This document shows positions 8,716 through 18,863 of a DNA stretch of 64,000 nt, one piece after another. The notes below the pieces were generated by a model, which was not told the DNA's origin, did not search any database, and saw only the letters and a list, made by a program, of their open reading frames with translations. Position 1 is the first letter of the stretch; every line of letters starts with the position of its first letter. Position numbers and translations under genes: made by a program. Origin of the DNA: Thermodesulfobacteriota bacterium (lineage in GTDB: Bacteria; Desulfobacterota_D; UBA1144); NCBI GenBank assembly GCA_036340075.1, contig JAYYZJ010000005.1:37980-101979 (forward strand), given 5' to 3'.

Positions 8716-11268
8716 CTAGATAGTTTGATTTATTTTATCAAAAGTATAAATTTCTATTGTATCTCCTTGTTTAATATCTTCTGTATTTTCAAACCCTATC
8801 CCACATTCAAATCCACTTGAAACTTCTTTGACATCATCTTTGAATCTTTTTAATGATGTTATAGTAGTTTCAAAAACTATCTCCTCTTCCCTCTTTATTC
8901 TTATATTGTGTCCTCTTACAGCCTTACCGTCATTGACGAAACACCCGGCAATCTTTCCTTGTTTAGAAAGATTAAAGACTTCCCTAATCTCTGCATATCC
9001 AGTAATTTTTTCTTCTAGAATTGGGTCAAGTAGACCTTCGAGTAATTCTTTTATCCTATCAAGGATTTCGTAAATTATTTTATATGTTTCACATCTAACT
9101 GATGATTTGTCTAATAATGCTTGAACTTTACTTTCCACTTTAGTTGAAAAACCAAGAATTATTGCTTGTGTAGATTCTGCTAGCATGAAATCAGATTCAT
9201 TTATATTGCCGACTCCAGAATGAACAATTTTTGCCTTACATCGATCTGATTCAAAATTAATTAGCGCAGATACTAGCGCATCAAGAGAACCCTGAGTATC
9301 AGATTTAACTACAACAGGTAGTTCTTTAATTTGATTAAGCTGTAAATCTGTATCGATAAAATCTAATCCAACAGTATGAGGTTTGTAGGATTTTTCTTCT
9401 TCAATTGCTGACAATCTATTTCTAATGACATCTTTAGCAACTTTATCATTCTTGACTATATTATATTGTAAGCCAGCTTCAGGAACACCATCTAATCCAA
9501 GTATTTCAACAGGATATGACGGACCAGATGATTTTAGTTGTTTTCCTTTGTCGTCAATTAAAGCGCGAATTTTTCCTGAATTCGTACCACAAAGAATTAT
9601 GTCTCCTTTTTTAATTTCTCCTTCTTTGGGAATTAAAGTTGCAACTACTCCTCTACCTTTATCTAAGTAAGATTCTAGTATATAGCCTGAAGAAGGTACG
9701 ATGGAATTCGCTTTTAATTCCATAACATCGGCTTGTAGAACTATAATTTCTAACAAATCATTAATTCCTTTTCCATTAAGTGCCGATACTGGAACAAAAG
9801 GTACGTCACCACCCCAATCTTCTGGAGTAAGTCCTTGTTCAGACAATTGGCTCTTGATAGACTCAACATTTGAATCTTCTTTGTCAATTTTGTTAACAGC
9901 AACAATAATAGGAACACTTGCGGATTTTGCATGACTTATAGCTTCTATTGTTTGTGGCATAACCCCATCATCGGCCGCAACAACTAATATGATGATGTCA
10001 GTCAAACTTGCTCCACGAGATCTCATTGCGGAAAAAGCAGCATGACCAGGAGTATCTATAAAGACTAAATCTTTACCATTAACATCTACGCTGTATCCTC
10101 CAATTGATTGTGTTATTCCACCGTGTTCTTTATCAGCAACCTTAGACTTTCTTATATAATCAAGCAAGGAAGTCTTTCCATGATCGACATGACCCATAAC
10201 TGTTATAATTGGTGGTATAGATCTTATATCAGAGTCTTTACGGACAAAACCTTGCTCTAGAACTGTCTTTTCATTATACGAATCAACTTCTACATCATAA
10301 TTAAATTCTGAAGCAATAATAGTCGCCTCATCTGAATCAATTTCATCTTTAGCAGTTAATTTTAAGCCCAGCTCTGATGCCTTGTTGATAACTTGATTAA
10401 TTTTTAATTTTAATTTGCTTGCCAAAAGAGTGATAATAATTTTTTCTTGTATTTTAATTTTATTAATTTTAACTTTAGCTTTTGTATCTTTATCTTTTTC
10501 GATATCATTGCCTATTTCTTCTGTTGCTGCAGAATCTTTTTGATTCTTAGCTTTCTTTGCAAAATTATTTGATATTAAATATTCTTTTCTGCCTCCAGGA
10601 AGTTTTGCTCTTACTGCTTTTCTTAACACATCCATTGCATCTTCATCGATAATCTCTTCTTTGGATGGCTTAATTTGAACTTTCTTCTTCTCTACTGGTT
10701 TGCTTTTTTTAGTTTCTCTTTTCTTTTCTGCAACTGCTTCAGGAGGGAATTTTGGTTTTGGTTTTGCTTCTACCTCATTCTTTTTAAAAGGCTTATTAGT
10801 TTTTTCAGTTTTTTGTTTTCCTTGAGAAGGTGAATCCTTTTCTTTTGCTGGATCATAAACTCTTTTGCTCTCTCGCGAACTTGGTTTAACAGATTTTTGA
10901 TTTTGCTTGGCTTGTGATTGATTTGTCCTTTCTTTAGCTTTATTTTGATCTAAATCTTTTTCTTCGGAAGATACCACTTTTTCTATTTCTTGTTCTGGCT
11001 CTTTCTCTTTATCTTTAACAATTGGTGCTTTCTTTCTTCTTATAGTTACTTTTGCACCTGTTCTCTTAACTATATCTCTTGGGGATTTCTGCGTTTTAAT
11101 GTTTGTAGCATCTGGAAAGAAAGAATTCTTAATTCTTAAAACATCTTCATCTGTTACAGAGCTTGCTGAACTTCTCGCAACAATTGACAACTCTTTGCAT
11201 TTAGACAGTAAATCTTTAATTTCTACTGAAATTTCTAAAGCTAAATCTTTTAATTTGGTTTTTCCCAT
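8716..11268 (-). CDS. infB: translation initiation factor IF-2
   Basis: An 850-aa ORF with a K/E-rich N-terminal region and a GTP-binding domain (GHVDHGKTSLLD, DTPGH, NKID). Confidence 0.95.
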   Translation of the reverse strand: MGKTKLKDLALEISVEIKDLLSKCKELSIVARSSASSVTDEDVLRIKNSFFPDATNIKTQKSPRDIVKRTGAKVTIRRKKAPIVKDKEKEPEQEIEKVVSSEEKDLDQNKAKERTNQSQAKQNQKSVKPSSRESKRVYDPAKEKDSPSQGKQKTEKTNKPFKKNEVEAKPKPKFPPEAVAEKKRETKKSKPVEKKKVQIKPSKEEIIDEDAMDVLRKAVRAKLPGGRKEYLISNNFAKKAKNQKDSAATEEIGNDIEKDKDTKAKVKINKIKIQEKIIITLLASKLKLKINQVINKASELGLKLTAKDEIDSDEATIIASEFNYDVEVDSYNEKTVLEQGFVRKDSDIRSIPPIITVMGHVDHGKTSLLDYIRKSKVADKEHGGITQSIGGYSVDVNGKDLVFIDTPGHAAFSAMRSRGASLTDIIILVVAADDGVMPQTIEAISHAKSASVPIIVAVNKIDKEDSNVESIKSQLSEQGLTPEDWGGDVPFVPVSALNGKGINDLLEIIVLQADVMELKANSIVPSSGYILESYLDKGRGVVATLIPKEGEIKKGDIILCGTNSGKIRALIDDKGKQLKSSGPSYPVEILGLDGVPEAGLQYNIVKNDKVAKDVIRNRLSAIEEEKSYKPHTVGLDFIDTDLQLNQIKELPVVVKSDTQGSLDALVSALINFESDRCKAKIVHSGVGNINESDFMLAESTQAIILGFSTKVESKVQALLDKSSVRCETYKIIYEILDRIKELLEGLLDPILEEKITGYAEIREVFNLSKQGKIAGCFVNDGKAVRGHNIRIKREEEIVFETTITSLKRFKDDVKEVSSGFECGIGFENTEDIKQGDTIEIYTFDKINQTI

Positions 11269-11286
11269 ATTTCTTTAATTTACCCT

Positions 11287-12612
11287 TTATTTTTCCTTAT
11301 TTTCTTCTAAAGAATCTTCTTCGCTCTCCTCTTCTTCAGATTCTTCGTCAACATTTATATTTCTTAATTTTTCTTGCAATGCAGTTCTTGCTGCTAATTG
11401 TATTTTTTCTACATCTTCGTCACTAGATATTCCTGATGATTTTTTTACATCTTCAGCGTCTCCAAATGCTATATCCTCCAATGTATGAAAACCTCCAGCA
11501 AATAATAAATTAGCATTGACCTCGGATATGTTGGGAAGAGTTAGTAGTAATTTAACTACACTTTCTTGTTCTTCCTTAAGCTGTTCGTCGGTTTTGACTG
11601 TAATTTCCCATTCTATTAATTCGGAAGCCAATCTTACATTCTGTCCCTTCCTTCCTATTGTTAATGAAAACTGATCCTTGTCTACTATGACTTCCATTAT
11701 TTTTGAACCTTCATCAAGGATTACTTTTGTTACTTGAGCAGGAGATAAAGCATTACAGGCAAATTTGGCTATATCCGCAGACCATGGAACTATGTCTATC
11801 TTTTCTCCCTTAAGTTCTTGTATTATGTTTTGAACTCTTGATCCTCTCATTCCTACACATGCTCCTACTGGATCAATGTCGGAGTCTGATGAAGATACCG
11901 CTATTTTTGTTCTTCCTCCGGGATCTCTAGAAATGCCCATAATTTGAACAATACCCTCATTTATTTCTGGGACTTCAGACCTAAATAAAGATTCTACAAA
12001 ATCTTTATGAGCTCTTGAAATTACTAGCTGGGTTCCCCTTTTGTCTTCTTCAATCTTGAGCAACACTGCTCTTAATCTGTCTTTTGGTTGAAAATATTCT
12101 CTAGGAACTTGTTCATCATAGGGAATAATGGCTTCTGTCCTTCCTATATCTACAACAATCGTGCCTCTCGAGATCCTTCTAACGATTCCATTAATCAATT
12201 CGCCTTGTCTGGTTCTAAATTCCTCATAAATAACTTTCGCTTCAGCTTCTTTTAGCTTCTGAATAATTTTTTGTCTGGCATTTTGAATAGCTATCCTCGT
12301 ATAATCAGGACTTAATTTTACTCCTATCTCTTCATCAATCTGAACCTCTGGATCAAATTTTCTTGCTTCTTCCAGTGAAATTTCCATGTCTTCGTCAAAA
12401 ACATCGTCAACTACTTTTTTAAATTCAAAAAGTTCTAACTCGTTATATTCGTTAAATTGACATTCTAAATCCTTGTAAAGAGGATCTGTCTTTAATAATT
12501 TATGTGCAGCCGAGACTACTGATTCGTTAACCGCTTCAAGAATGATTTCCTTATCTATTCCTTTATCTTTTGATACTGACTCTATTACTCTTGCTAATTC
12601 ATCTAAACTCAT
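11287..12612 (-). CDS. nusA: transcription termination/antitermination factor NusA
   Basis: S1 and KH domains, followed by an acidic C-terminal tail. Confidence 0.9.
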   Translation of the reverse strand: MSLDELARVIESVSKDKGIDKEIILEAVNESVVSAAHKLLKTDPLYKDLECQFNEYNELELFEFKKVVDDVFDEDMEISLEEARKFDPEVQIDEEIGVKLSPDYTRIAIQNARQKIIQKLKEAEAKVIYEEFRTRQGELINGIVRRISRGTIVVDIGRTEAIIPYDEQVPREYFQPKDRLRAVLLKIEEDKRGTQLVISRAHKDFVESLFRSEVPEINEGIVQIMGISRDPGGRTKIAVSSSDSDIDPVGACVGMRGSRVQNIIQELKGEKIDIVPWSADIAKFACNALSPAQVTKVILDEGSKIMEVIVDKDQFSLTIGRKGQNVRLASELIEWEITVKTDEQLKEEQESVVKLLLTLPNISEVNANLLFAGGFHTLEDIAFGDAEDVKKSSGISSDEDVEKIQLAARTALQEKLRNINVDEESEEEESEEDSLEENKEK

Positions 12613-12890
12613 CTACTCTCTCCTTCTTCTAATAATCTATTTGTTCCTGGAGAAGAAACTTCTAATATATAAGAAGATTCAAATAAATCGTCAAAACCGT
12701 CAATATTATTTATTACATTATTAAATTTTACACAGTCATCAATATTCACTCCTTGATCTTTATCGATATAAACTATCAATTTTAAAGAAGAAGAACTTTT
12801 TGTAAGTTCAATATCAACTAATCTGTATTCAGTGGTTTTGCACTGCCTTTCTAATATATCTAGCACCTTTGTTTTTAAATCCTCTGTCAT
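12609..12890 (-). CDS. rimP: ribosome maturation factor RimP, short form (N-terminal domain only)
   Basis: YIDKDQGVNIDDCVKFNNVI...LEVSSPG is the RimP N-domain signature. It overlaps the nusA start by 4 nt. At 93 aa it lacks the usual C-terminal Sm-like domain. Confidence 0.7.
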   Translation of the reverse strand: MTEDLKTKVLDILERQCKTTEYRLVDIELTKSSSSLKLIVYIDKDQGVNIDDCVKFNNVINNIDGFDDLFESSYILEVSSPGTNRLLEEGESR

Positions 12891-12900
12891 TTCTTACCCT

Positions 12901-12932
12901 AATAAAAAAAGAAGCGGGGCATGCCCCGCTTC
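12901..12932 (-). terminator. rho-independent terminator downstream of uvrB
   Basis: A perfect GC-rich hairpin (gaagcgggg-catg-ccccgcttc) is followed on the minus strand by a T-run (the A-run at 12904-12910 on plus). Confidence 0.8.
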
Positions 12933-12967
12933 TCTAAATTTAAATTTATTTTAACATTTCGTTTGGA

Positions 12968-14968
12968 CTATTCAATTGTATCAACAAATGAGAGCTCTAT
13001 CTTCCTTAATTCCTTAATTCTATCTCGCAATTTCGCTGCTTCTTCGAATCGTAGATTCTCTGATAGTACTTTCATTTCTTTCATTAATTTAGATATTTCC
13101 TTTCCTATTTTATGAGGTGGTATGGTTATATTTTGTTGAAATTGCTTATCATGATAGTCAATTTCATATATTTGCGAAAGATTCGAATTAATGTCTTTAT
13201 TGATGGATTTTGGGATAATATTATTTTTTTCATTATAATCTAGTTGCATTCTTCTTCTCCTATTGGATTCGTCAATAGCTGAACTCATAGATTTAGTAAT
13301 TTCTTCTGCATACATAATAACTTTTCCATTAATATTTCTTGCTGCTCGACCAAATATTTGAATCAAAGAAGTTGATGACCTAAGATATCCTTCTTTGTCT
13401 GCATCAAGAATTGCAACGAGAGAAACCTCAGGTAAATCCAATCCTTCCCTAAGCAAATTTATCCCAACTAATACATCAAATTTATCACCTCTAAAATTTT
13501 TAATAATTTTAATTCTTTCTAGAGTTTTAATATCTGAATGCATATATTCTGTCCTTAATCCTTTATCTTTAAAATATGCTGTAAGCTCTTCCGCCATTTT
13601 TTTAGTCAAAGTAGTAACTAATATTTTTTCTTCATTCTTTATTGTTTTGTTTATTTCATCAACTAAATTATCAACTTGATTTTTTGCTGATCGTACTTCT
13701 ATCTCTGGATCAACTAATCCAGTAGGTCTAATTATTTGTTCTATTACATTTTTTGAAGACCTACTAGTCTCATATTTAGCAGGGGTAGCGGATACGTAAA
13801 TTATTTGATTAATTTTTTTTTCGAATTCTTTAATATTCAAAGGTCTATTGTCTAATGCCGATGGTAGTCTAAATCCATGTTCAACAAGTGTTTGTTTTCT
13901 GCTTCTATCTCCTTCATACATACCTCTTATTTGCGGAACTGTTTGATGGCTTTCGTCAACTATCATAAGAAAATCATCAGGGAAATAATCTAGTAGTGTA
14001 AACGGTGGCTCGCCCTCTTTCCTTTGATCTAAATGTCTTGAATAGTTTTCTATTCCTGGACAAAACCCCATTATTTCCATTAATTCTATATCTTTCAGAG
14101 TCCTTTCCTCTATTCTTTTCATTTCTTCTAATTTTCCATTTTTTTTAAAAAATCTTTTTTGTTTTTCTAGTTCTTTATTGATTGATTCAATAGCTTTTTC
14201 AGTTGTAAGTTTTTCTACAACATAGTGAGAACCCGGGAAAATAATCACCGAATCTATTTCTTTTATCATTTCTGATGTGTATGAATCAATCTCGTAAATT
14301 TTTGAGATAGTATCTCCATCAAATATGATTTTAAGTGCTTTATCATCTAAGTTGGCTGGTACAATGTCTACGTTATTCCCTATGGCTCTAAAGGTTCCTC
14401 GATTTAACTCGACTCTCGATCTAGCGTATTGAACTTCAGTTAATTTTTTTAATAAATCATCTCTTGAAATTTTCATTCCGACTTTGACTTTAGTAATCAT
14501 TTCGTAATAATCCTTTGGCTTCCCAATTCCAAAAATACATGAAACACTTGAAACTATAATTACATCCCGTCTGTCAAAAAGTGAGCTTGTAGATGCATGC
14601 CTAAGCTGATCAATCTGTTCGTTAATCTTTGAATCTTTAGCTATATATGTATTGGTAGAAGGCACATATGCTTCAGGCTGGTAGTAATCATAATAGCTAA
14701 CAAAATAATGAACTGCATTATTAGGAAAAATTGTTTTGAATTCCTCAAAAAGTTGTGCAGCAAGCGTCTTGTTGTGAGCCATAATAAGAGTTGGTTTTTT
14801 TACTCTTTCTATTACATTAGCAATCGTAAATGTTTTTCCACTTCCAGTTACGCCTAATAATGTTTGTTCTTTGTTTCCGGAGAGTATATTGTCAGAAAGT
14901 TCAGTAATTGCATATGGTTGGTCCCCCTGTGGCTTATAATCTACATTAATCTTAAAAAGCGAAGACAT
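12968..14968 (-). CDS. uvrB: excinuclease ABC subunit B
   Basis: GVTGSGKTFT Walker A, helicase motifs and a C-terminal UVR domain. Confidence 0.95.
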   Translation of the reverse strand: MSSLFKINVDYKPQGDQPYAITELSDNILSGNKEQTLLGVTGSGKTFTIANVIERVKKPTLIMAHNKTLAAQLFEEFKTIFPNNAVHYFVSYYDYYQPEAYVPSTNTYIAKDSKINEQIDQLRHASTSSLFDRRDVIIVSSVSCIFGIGKPKDYYEMITKVKVGMKISRDDLLKKLTEVQYARSRVELNRGTFRAIGNNVDIVPANLDDKALKIIFDGDTISKIYEIDSYTSEMIKEIDSVIIFPGSHYVVEKLTTEKAIESINKELEKQKRFFKKNGKLEEMKRIEERTLKDIELMEIMGFCPGIENYSRHLDQRKEGEPPFTLLDYFPDDFLMIVDESHQTVPQIRGMYEGDRSRKQTLVEHGFRLPSALDNRPLNIKEFEKKINQIIYVSATPAKYETSRSSKNVIEQIIRPTGLVDPEIEVRSAKNQVDNLVDEINKTIKNEEKILVTTLTKKMAEELTAYFKDKGLRTEYMHSDIKTLERIKIIKNFRGDKFDVLVGINLLREGLDLPEVSLVAILDADKEGYLRSSTSLIQIFGRAARNINGKVIMYAEEITKSMSSAIDESNRRRRMQLDYNEKNNIIPKSINKDINSNLSQIYEIDYHDKQFQQNITIPPHKIGKEISKLMKEMKVLSENLRFEEAAKLRDRIKELRKIELSFVDTIE

Positions 14969-15033
14969 ACTGTTATTTTAACGGATAATTACTGAATTGA
15001 CTTTTTAAGTCCTTTTTGGTTTTCTTTCATATT

Positions 15034-16548
15034 ATGAAAAGCACTGTTTATTTGGTAGGAGCTGGTCCTGGTGATTCTGGGCTAATAACAGTAAAAGGAA
15101 AAGAATTAATTTCTAAAGCTGATGCAATCGTTTATGACTACCTGGCAAACAATGCTCTTATTAAGGAAACTAAAAAAGATTGCAAAATAATCTATGCAGG
15201 AAAAGGTCTAGGTTTTAAAGCAATGTCTCAAAATCAAATAAACAAAAAGCTGATAAATTTAGCTAAAAGTGGCCTAAAAACAATAGTTAGACTGAAAGGT
15301 GGAGATCCATTTTTATTTGGTAGAGGTGGAGAAGAAGCAGAAGACCTTAAAAAGAATAAAATTAATTTTGAAATAATTCCTGGTGTTACTTCTGCAATCG
15401 CAGTACCTGCATACGCAGGAATTCCAGTAACTCATAGAAATATAACAAGTACTTTAGCAATCGTTACAGGTCATGAAGATCCAGAAAAAAATAAAACATC
15501 TATTGCATGGGATGGTTTAGCAAAAATGAAATCTATAGTATTTTTGATGGGAACTAAAAATTTAAAAAAGAACTTAAGAAATTTGATAGATAATGGTATG
15601 TCAAGAAATACAAAGATAGCCGCTATTAATTGGGGGACTTATTCTAAACAAAAAACAGTTGTAGGAACATTTGAAGACATACATGAAAAAATTAGGTCTA
15701 ATAAAATCACATCCCCATCAATAATTGTAATAGGTGAAATTTGTAAGCTAAGAAGAACATTAAACTGGTTTGAGAAAAAACCACTTTTTGGAAAAAATAT
15801 AGTTGTAACAAGAGCTAGAAAAAATGCTAGTGTCTTGTCTCAAGAAATAATCAACCTTGGAGGAAATGCAATTGAAATTCCAACAATTGAAATTAAGTCT
15901 AAGCCATCTAGAACTATTCAGAATAATATAAAAGACATGAAAAACTATGATTGGCTTATTTTTACAAGTGTAAATGGAGTGGAAATATTTTTCGATGAGT
16001 TTATTAAAAAGTTTAAAGACATAAGGAAACTTGGTGATGTCAAAATAGCCGCCATTGGTTCAGAAACAAGTAGAGCAATTAAAAACCTAAAAATTAATGT
16101 AGACCTTGTACCCAAACTTTTTACAGCCGAAGGCTTAATCGGAACTTTCAAAAAGAGAAAAATTAAAAATACTAGAATACTTGTCCCAAGAGCTGAGCTA
16201 GCAAGGGATACTTTAATTAAAGAGTTGAGAATTAGTGGAAATATAGTAAAAGAACTAAAAATCTATGATACTGTTTTACCTTCAAAAGAAAATAAAAAAG
16301 TAATCCAGAATAGAATTTATAAAAATAAGATTGATTATATAACTTTTACAAGTTCTTCTACTGTTGACAATTTTTTTAAATATATAAGCCCTTCACAAAT
16401 AAAGAAACAAAAAAATATAGCATATGTATGTATAGGCCCTATAACAGCGAAGACACTAAAAAAATACAAAATTAAGCCAAGTTTAATTTGTAAAAAATAC
16501 ACTATAGATAATCTACTGAAAGAAATTGTGAAGTTTGCTAAGAAATGA
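15034..16548 (+). CDS. bifunctional uroporphyrinogen-III C-methyltransferase / uroporphyrinogen-III synthase (CobA-HemD fusion)
   Basis: The N-terminal VYLVGAGPGD... is a SUMT domain and the C-terminal ~250 aa is HemD-like. The track start at 15016 is TTG, so ATG at 15034 (MKSTVYLVG) is the likelier start. Confidence 0.8.
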   Translation: MKSTVYLVGAGPGDSGLITVKGKELISKADAIVYDYLANNALIKETKKDCKIIYAGKGLGFKAMSQNQINKKLINLAKSGLKTIVRLKGGDPFLFGRGGEEAEDLKKNKINFEIIPGVTSAIAVPAYAGIPVTHRNITSTLAIVTGHEDPEKNKTSIAWDGLAKMKSIVFLMGTKNLKKNLRNLIDNGMSRNTKIAAINWGTYSKQKTVVGTFEDIHEKIRSNKITSPSIIVIGEICKLRRTLNWFEKKPLFGKNIVVTRARKNASVLSQEIINLGGNAIEIPTIEIKSKPSRTIQNNIKDMKNYDWLIFTSVNGVEIFFDEFIKKFKDIRKLGDVKIAAIGSETSRAIKNLKINVDLVPKLFTAEGLIGTFKKRKIKNTRILVPRAELARDTLIKELRISGNIVKELKIYDTVLPSKENKKVIQNRIYKNKIDYITFTSSSTVDNFFKYISPSQIKKQKNIAYVCIGPITAKTLKKYKIKPSLICKKYTIDNLLKEIVKFAKK

Positions 16549-17258
16549 ATAGATTTTTTGTTGATGAAAAGATAAATAGAGATCAAGAATTGAAAATAGA
16601 AGGTGATAATTTTCATCACTGTATAACGGTTCTTAAACATAAAATTGGAGACAATATCGTAATCTTTGATAATACTGAGAGTGAATACCATTGCAAAATA
16701 ATCGGAATAAAAAAACACCATTTTTTAGTTGAGATTCAATATTTAATGCCAAAGAAAGAAGCTGGACCTAGAATTCAGGTATATCAGTGCATGCCCAAAG
16801 GAAAAACAATAGAAGATATTATCGAGAAATCTGTTGAACTTGGTGTTTCAATCTTAATACCTGTTGTATCTGAAAGAACGATTAAAAAATCTAAAGAGGT
16901 CAAAGAAAGATGGCTAGATATTATAGAGAGTGCCACGAAGCAATGCGGAAGAAATGATTTCATGAAAATCTCTGAACCGATATCATTTTTTGAAATATTT
17001 GGGATTGATGACTCAGATTTAAAGATAATCTTTTATGAAAATAGCGAAAACAGAATGCATAATTGTAATTTTCGAGCTAAAGATGTTAATACAATATCAA
17101 TTATTATAGGGCCAGAAGGTGGGTTTAGCCAAAAAGAAGTTGCTTTAGCAAAAGAAAATGATTTTGAAGATATCTCTCTAGGAAACACTGTATTAAAATC
17201 GACAACTGCATTAATTTTAGGTGTCGGTCTAATAAAAATGGTTGTTAATAATAATTAA
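16545..17258 (+). CDS. rsmE: 16S rRNA (uracil1498-N3)-methyltransferase
   Basis: RsmE-like PUA-type N-terminus and a SPOUT C-terminus. It overlaps the upstream stop (ATGA). Confidence 0.8.
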   Translation: MNRFFVDEKINRDQELKIEGDNFHHCITVLKHKIGDNIVIFDNTESEYHCKIIGIKKHHFLVEIQYLMPKKEAGPRIQVYQCMPKGKTIEDIIEKSVELGVSILIPVVSERTIKKSKEVKERWLDIIESATKQCGRNDFMKISEPISFFEIFGIDDSDLKIIFYENSENRMHNCNFRAKDVNTISIIIGPEGGFSQKEVALAKENDFEDISLGNTVLKSTTALILGVGLIKMVVNNN

Positions 17259-17593
17259 ACTTTTAGAAAGAAAATTTTAACTAATCCCATAGCTAAAGCA
17301 GTAATACCGCAACAACAAATCATAGTAATTACAAATGAATATCCATTTTTAAGCATGTAAGGTAGAAGTAAGAACATAGGTACTGTAGCTAAACCAAAAT
17401 ATAAAATCTCAAGACTTAAACTTGCAATTCTTTCAGTATCTTTAGTCTCATAATAAATCCATGAAAAAGTAATTAAGGATACTAAAGGAAGAGCTATTAT
17501 GAGAGCAGCTAACACAGTACTTCTTTTTGAAACTTCAGAAGCTAAAACTATAATCGCTGCAGATATAAGTAACTTGATAATATACTGAGTCAT
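17255..17593 (-). CDS. small 4-TM membrane protein (DUF3147-like)
   Basis: 112 aa with four hydrophobic helices. Confidence 0.45.
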   Translation of the reverse strand: MTQYIIKLLISAAIIVLASEVSKRSTVLAALIIALPLVSLITFSWIYYETKDTERIASLSLEILYFGLATVPMFLLLPYMLKNGYSFVITMICCCGITALAMGLVKIFFLKV

Positions 17594-17594
17594 A

Positions 17595-18863
17595 CTAATT
17601 CCTTTTTTTAATTATACTAAACCCTAGACCAATTATGATAAATAATAAAAAAATTCCAGCAACGACAGTTTTTGTACTAAAAATTGAGTCATACTTTTTA
17701 AATTCTAAGATAATTGAATCACCATTTTTAATATTTACTATAGAATAAGTAGTATATTCTTCATCAACAAACTCTTTAATATTGGTATCTTTCTTTGTGT
17801 ATTCTAAATTTTTGATATCAAATGATAATTTATTTTCTGGAATAATAATTGTTAAATTCGGTATATTGTTTAAAAAGACCTTAGAGATTGAAGTAGAAAA
17901 TAAATTTAATTTTAATGTATATGTTAGAACTAATCTTCTAACTCCTGGTGGCATAGGAAGAGTATCTGTTATTTTATTATCAGACACTATAAATGTGTCA
18001 GGATTTCTATGAGGAAAGCTTAGGTTTTGAGTTTTAGAGAATAGAGAATAGTCATTTATTAATCTTACTTTTTCACTAAAAATATTCTCTCCAACAAAAA
18101 TATTTCTTGAAGAATTATTAACATTAATTATTTCTGCGACGACTAGTGATTTCGAACTTTCATCATAAGTAATTATAAAATGTGCTGATTCTACTTTTAT
18201 ATTGTCTTTATTCTGTGTTGTGTCGAATACAGTTAAATCAATTTTCTTTTCTTTTTCTTTTGGCAAGAAATAAAATTTATCTGTAGAGTATTCAATACCA
18301 TTGTGCATAAGTATGATTTTATAGGCCGAATTTCCCTTTAGATTATCAAAAGAAAAATTGCCATTTTTAATTAATTTCTTCTTTGAAAATAAAACTTTAT
18401 CGGCTAATAAAGATCTAAGCTCAATTTCTTTATTATTAAGAAATTTATCTGTAGTAAAATTATTTACCTTACCAGCAATCTTTCCCTTAGTATTTTTTCT
18501 AATCCCTTTCTTATTATTTCTTATATAATTAATAATAGATTTAGCTTCTATTGAATTTACTTGCATGTTAGGCATTGGTGGATAGCCAATATTAATAGGC
18601 ATTTTTGAATACTTCTTATAAATAGATTCTGGATTAGTAATCCACGTAATTAAATCTTCTTCTGAATATTTGTCTAATGCATCATATAAATCTGGTCCAG
18701 CAAATTTACCTCTACCAATTGTATGACAAGTAATACATCTTTTTTCAATAAAAAGATTTGACCCTGGCTTCTCTTCACTTAAAGATGCTTTGCTAACGAA
18801 TATAACAAATAATACGAAAATAAAATGAAGTAAAAGTTTTAATTTTAGATTAATTTTATTCAT
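17595..18863 (-). CDS. membrane-anchored monohaem class I cytochrome c with a large uncharacterised domain
   Basis: Signal peptide, CITCHTIGRGKFAGPDLY haem-binding motif and a PMPNM Met ligand. These are followed by a ~290-aa beta-rich region and a C-terminal TM helix. It lies directly downstream of ccmF. Confidence 0.75.
   Translation of the reverse strand: MNKINLKLKLLLHFIFVLFVIFVSKASLSEEKPGSNLFIEKRCITCHTIGRGKFAGPDLYDALDKYSEEDLITWITNPESIYKKYSKMPINIGYPPMPNMQVNSIEAKSIINYIRNNKKGIRKNTKGKIAGKVNNFTTDKFLNNKEIELRSLLADKVLFSKKKLIKNGNFSFDNLKGNSAYKIILMHNGIEYSTDKFYFLPKEKEKKIDLTVFDTTQNKDNIKVESAHFIITYDESSKSLVVAEIINVNNSSRNIFVGENIFSEKVRLINDYSLFSKTQNLSFPHRNPDTFIVSDNKITDTLPMPPGVRRLVLTYTLKLNLFSTSISKVFLNNIPNLTIIIPENKLSFDIKNLEYTKKDTNIKEFVDEEYTTYSIVNIKNGDSIILEFKKYDSIFSTKTVVAGIFLLFIIIGLGFSIIKKRN

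Noticed and set aside
16335-16721. 128-aa minus-strand ORF spanning the cobA/hemD-rsmE junction
   Set aside because: It is antisense to two well-supported genes and is hydrophobic low-complexity sequence.
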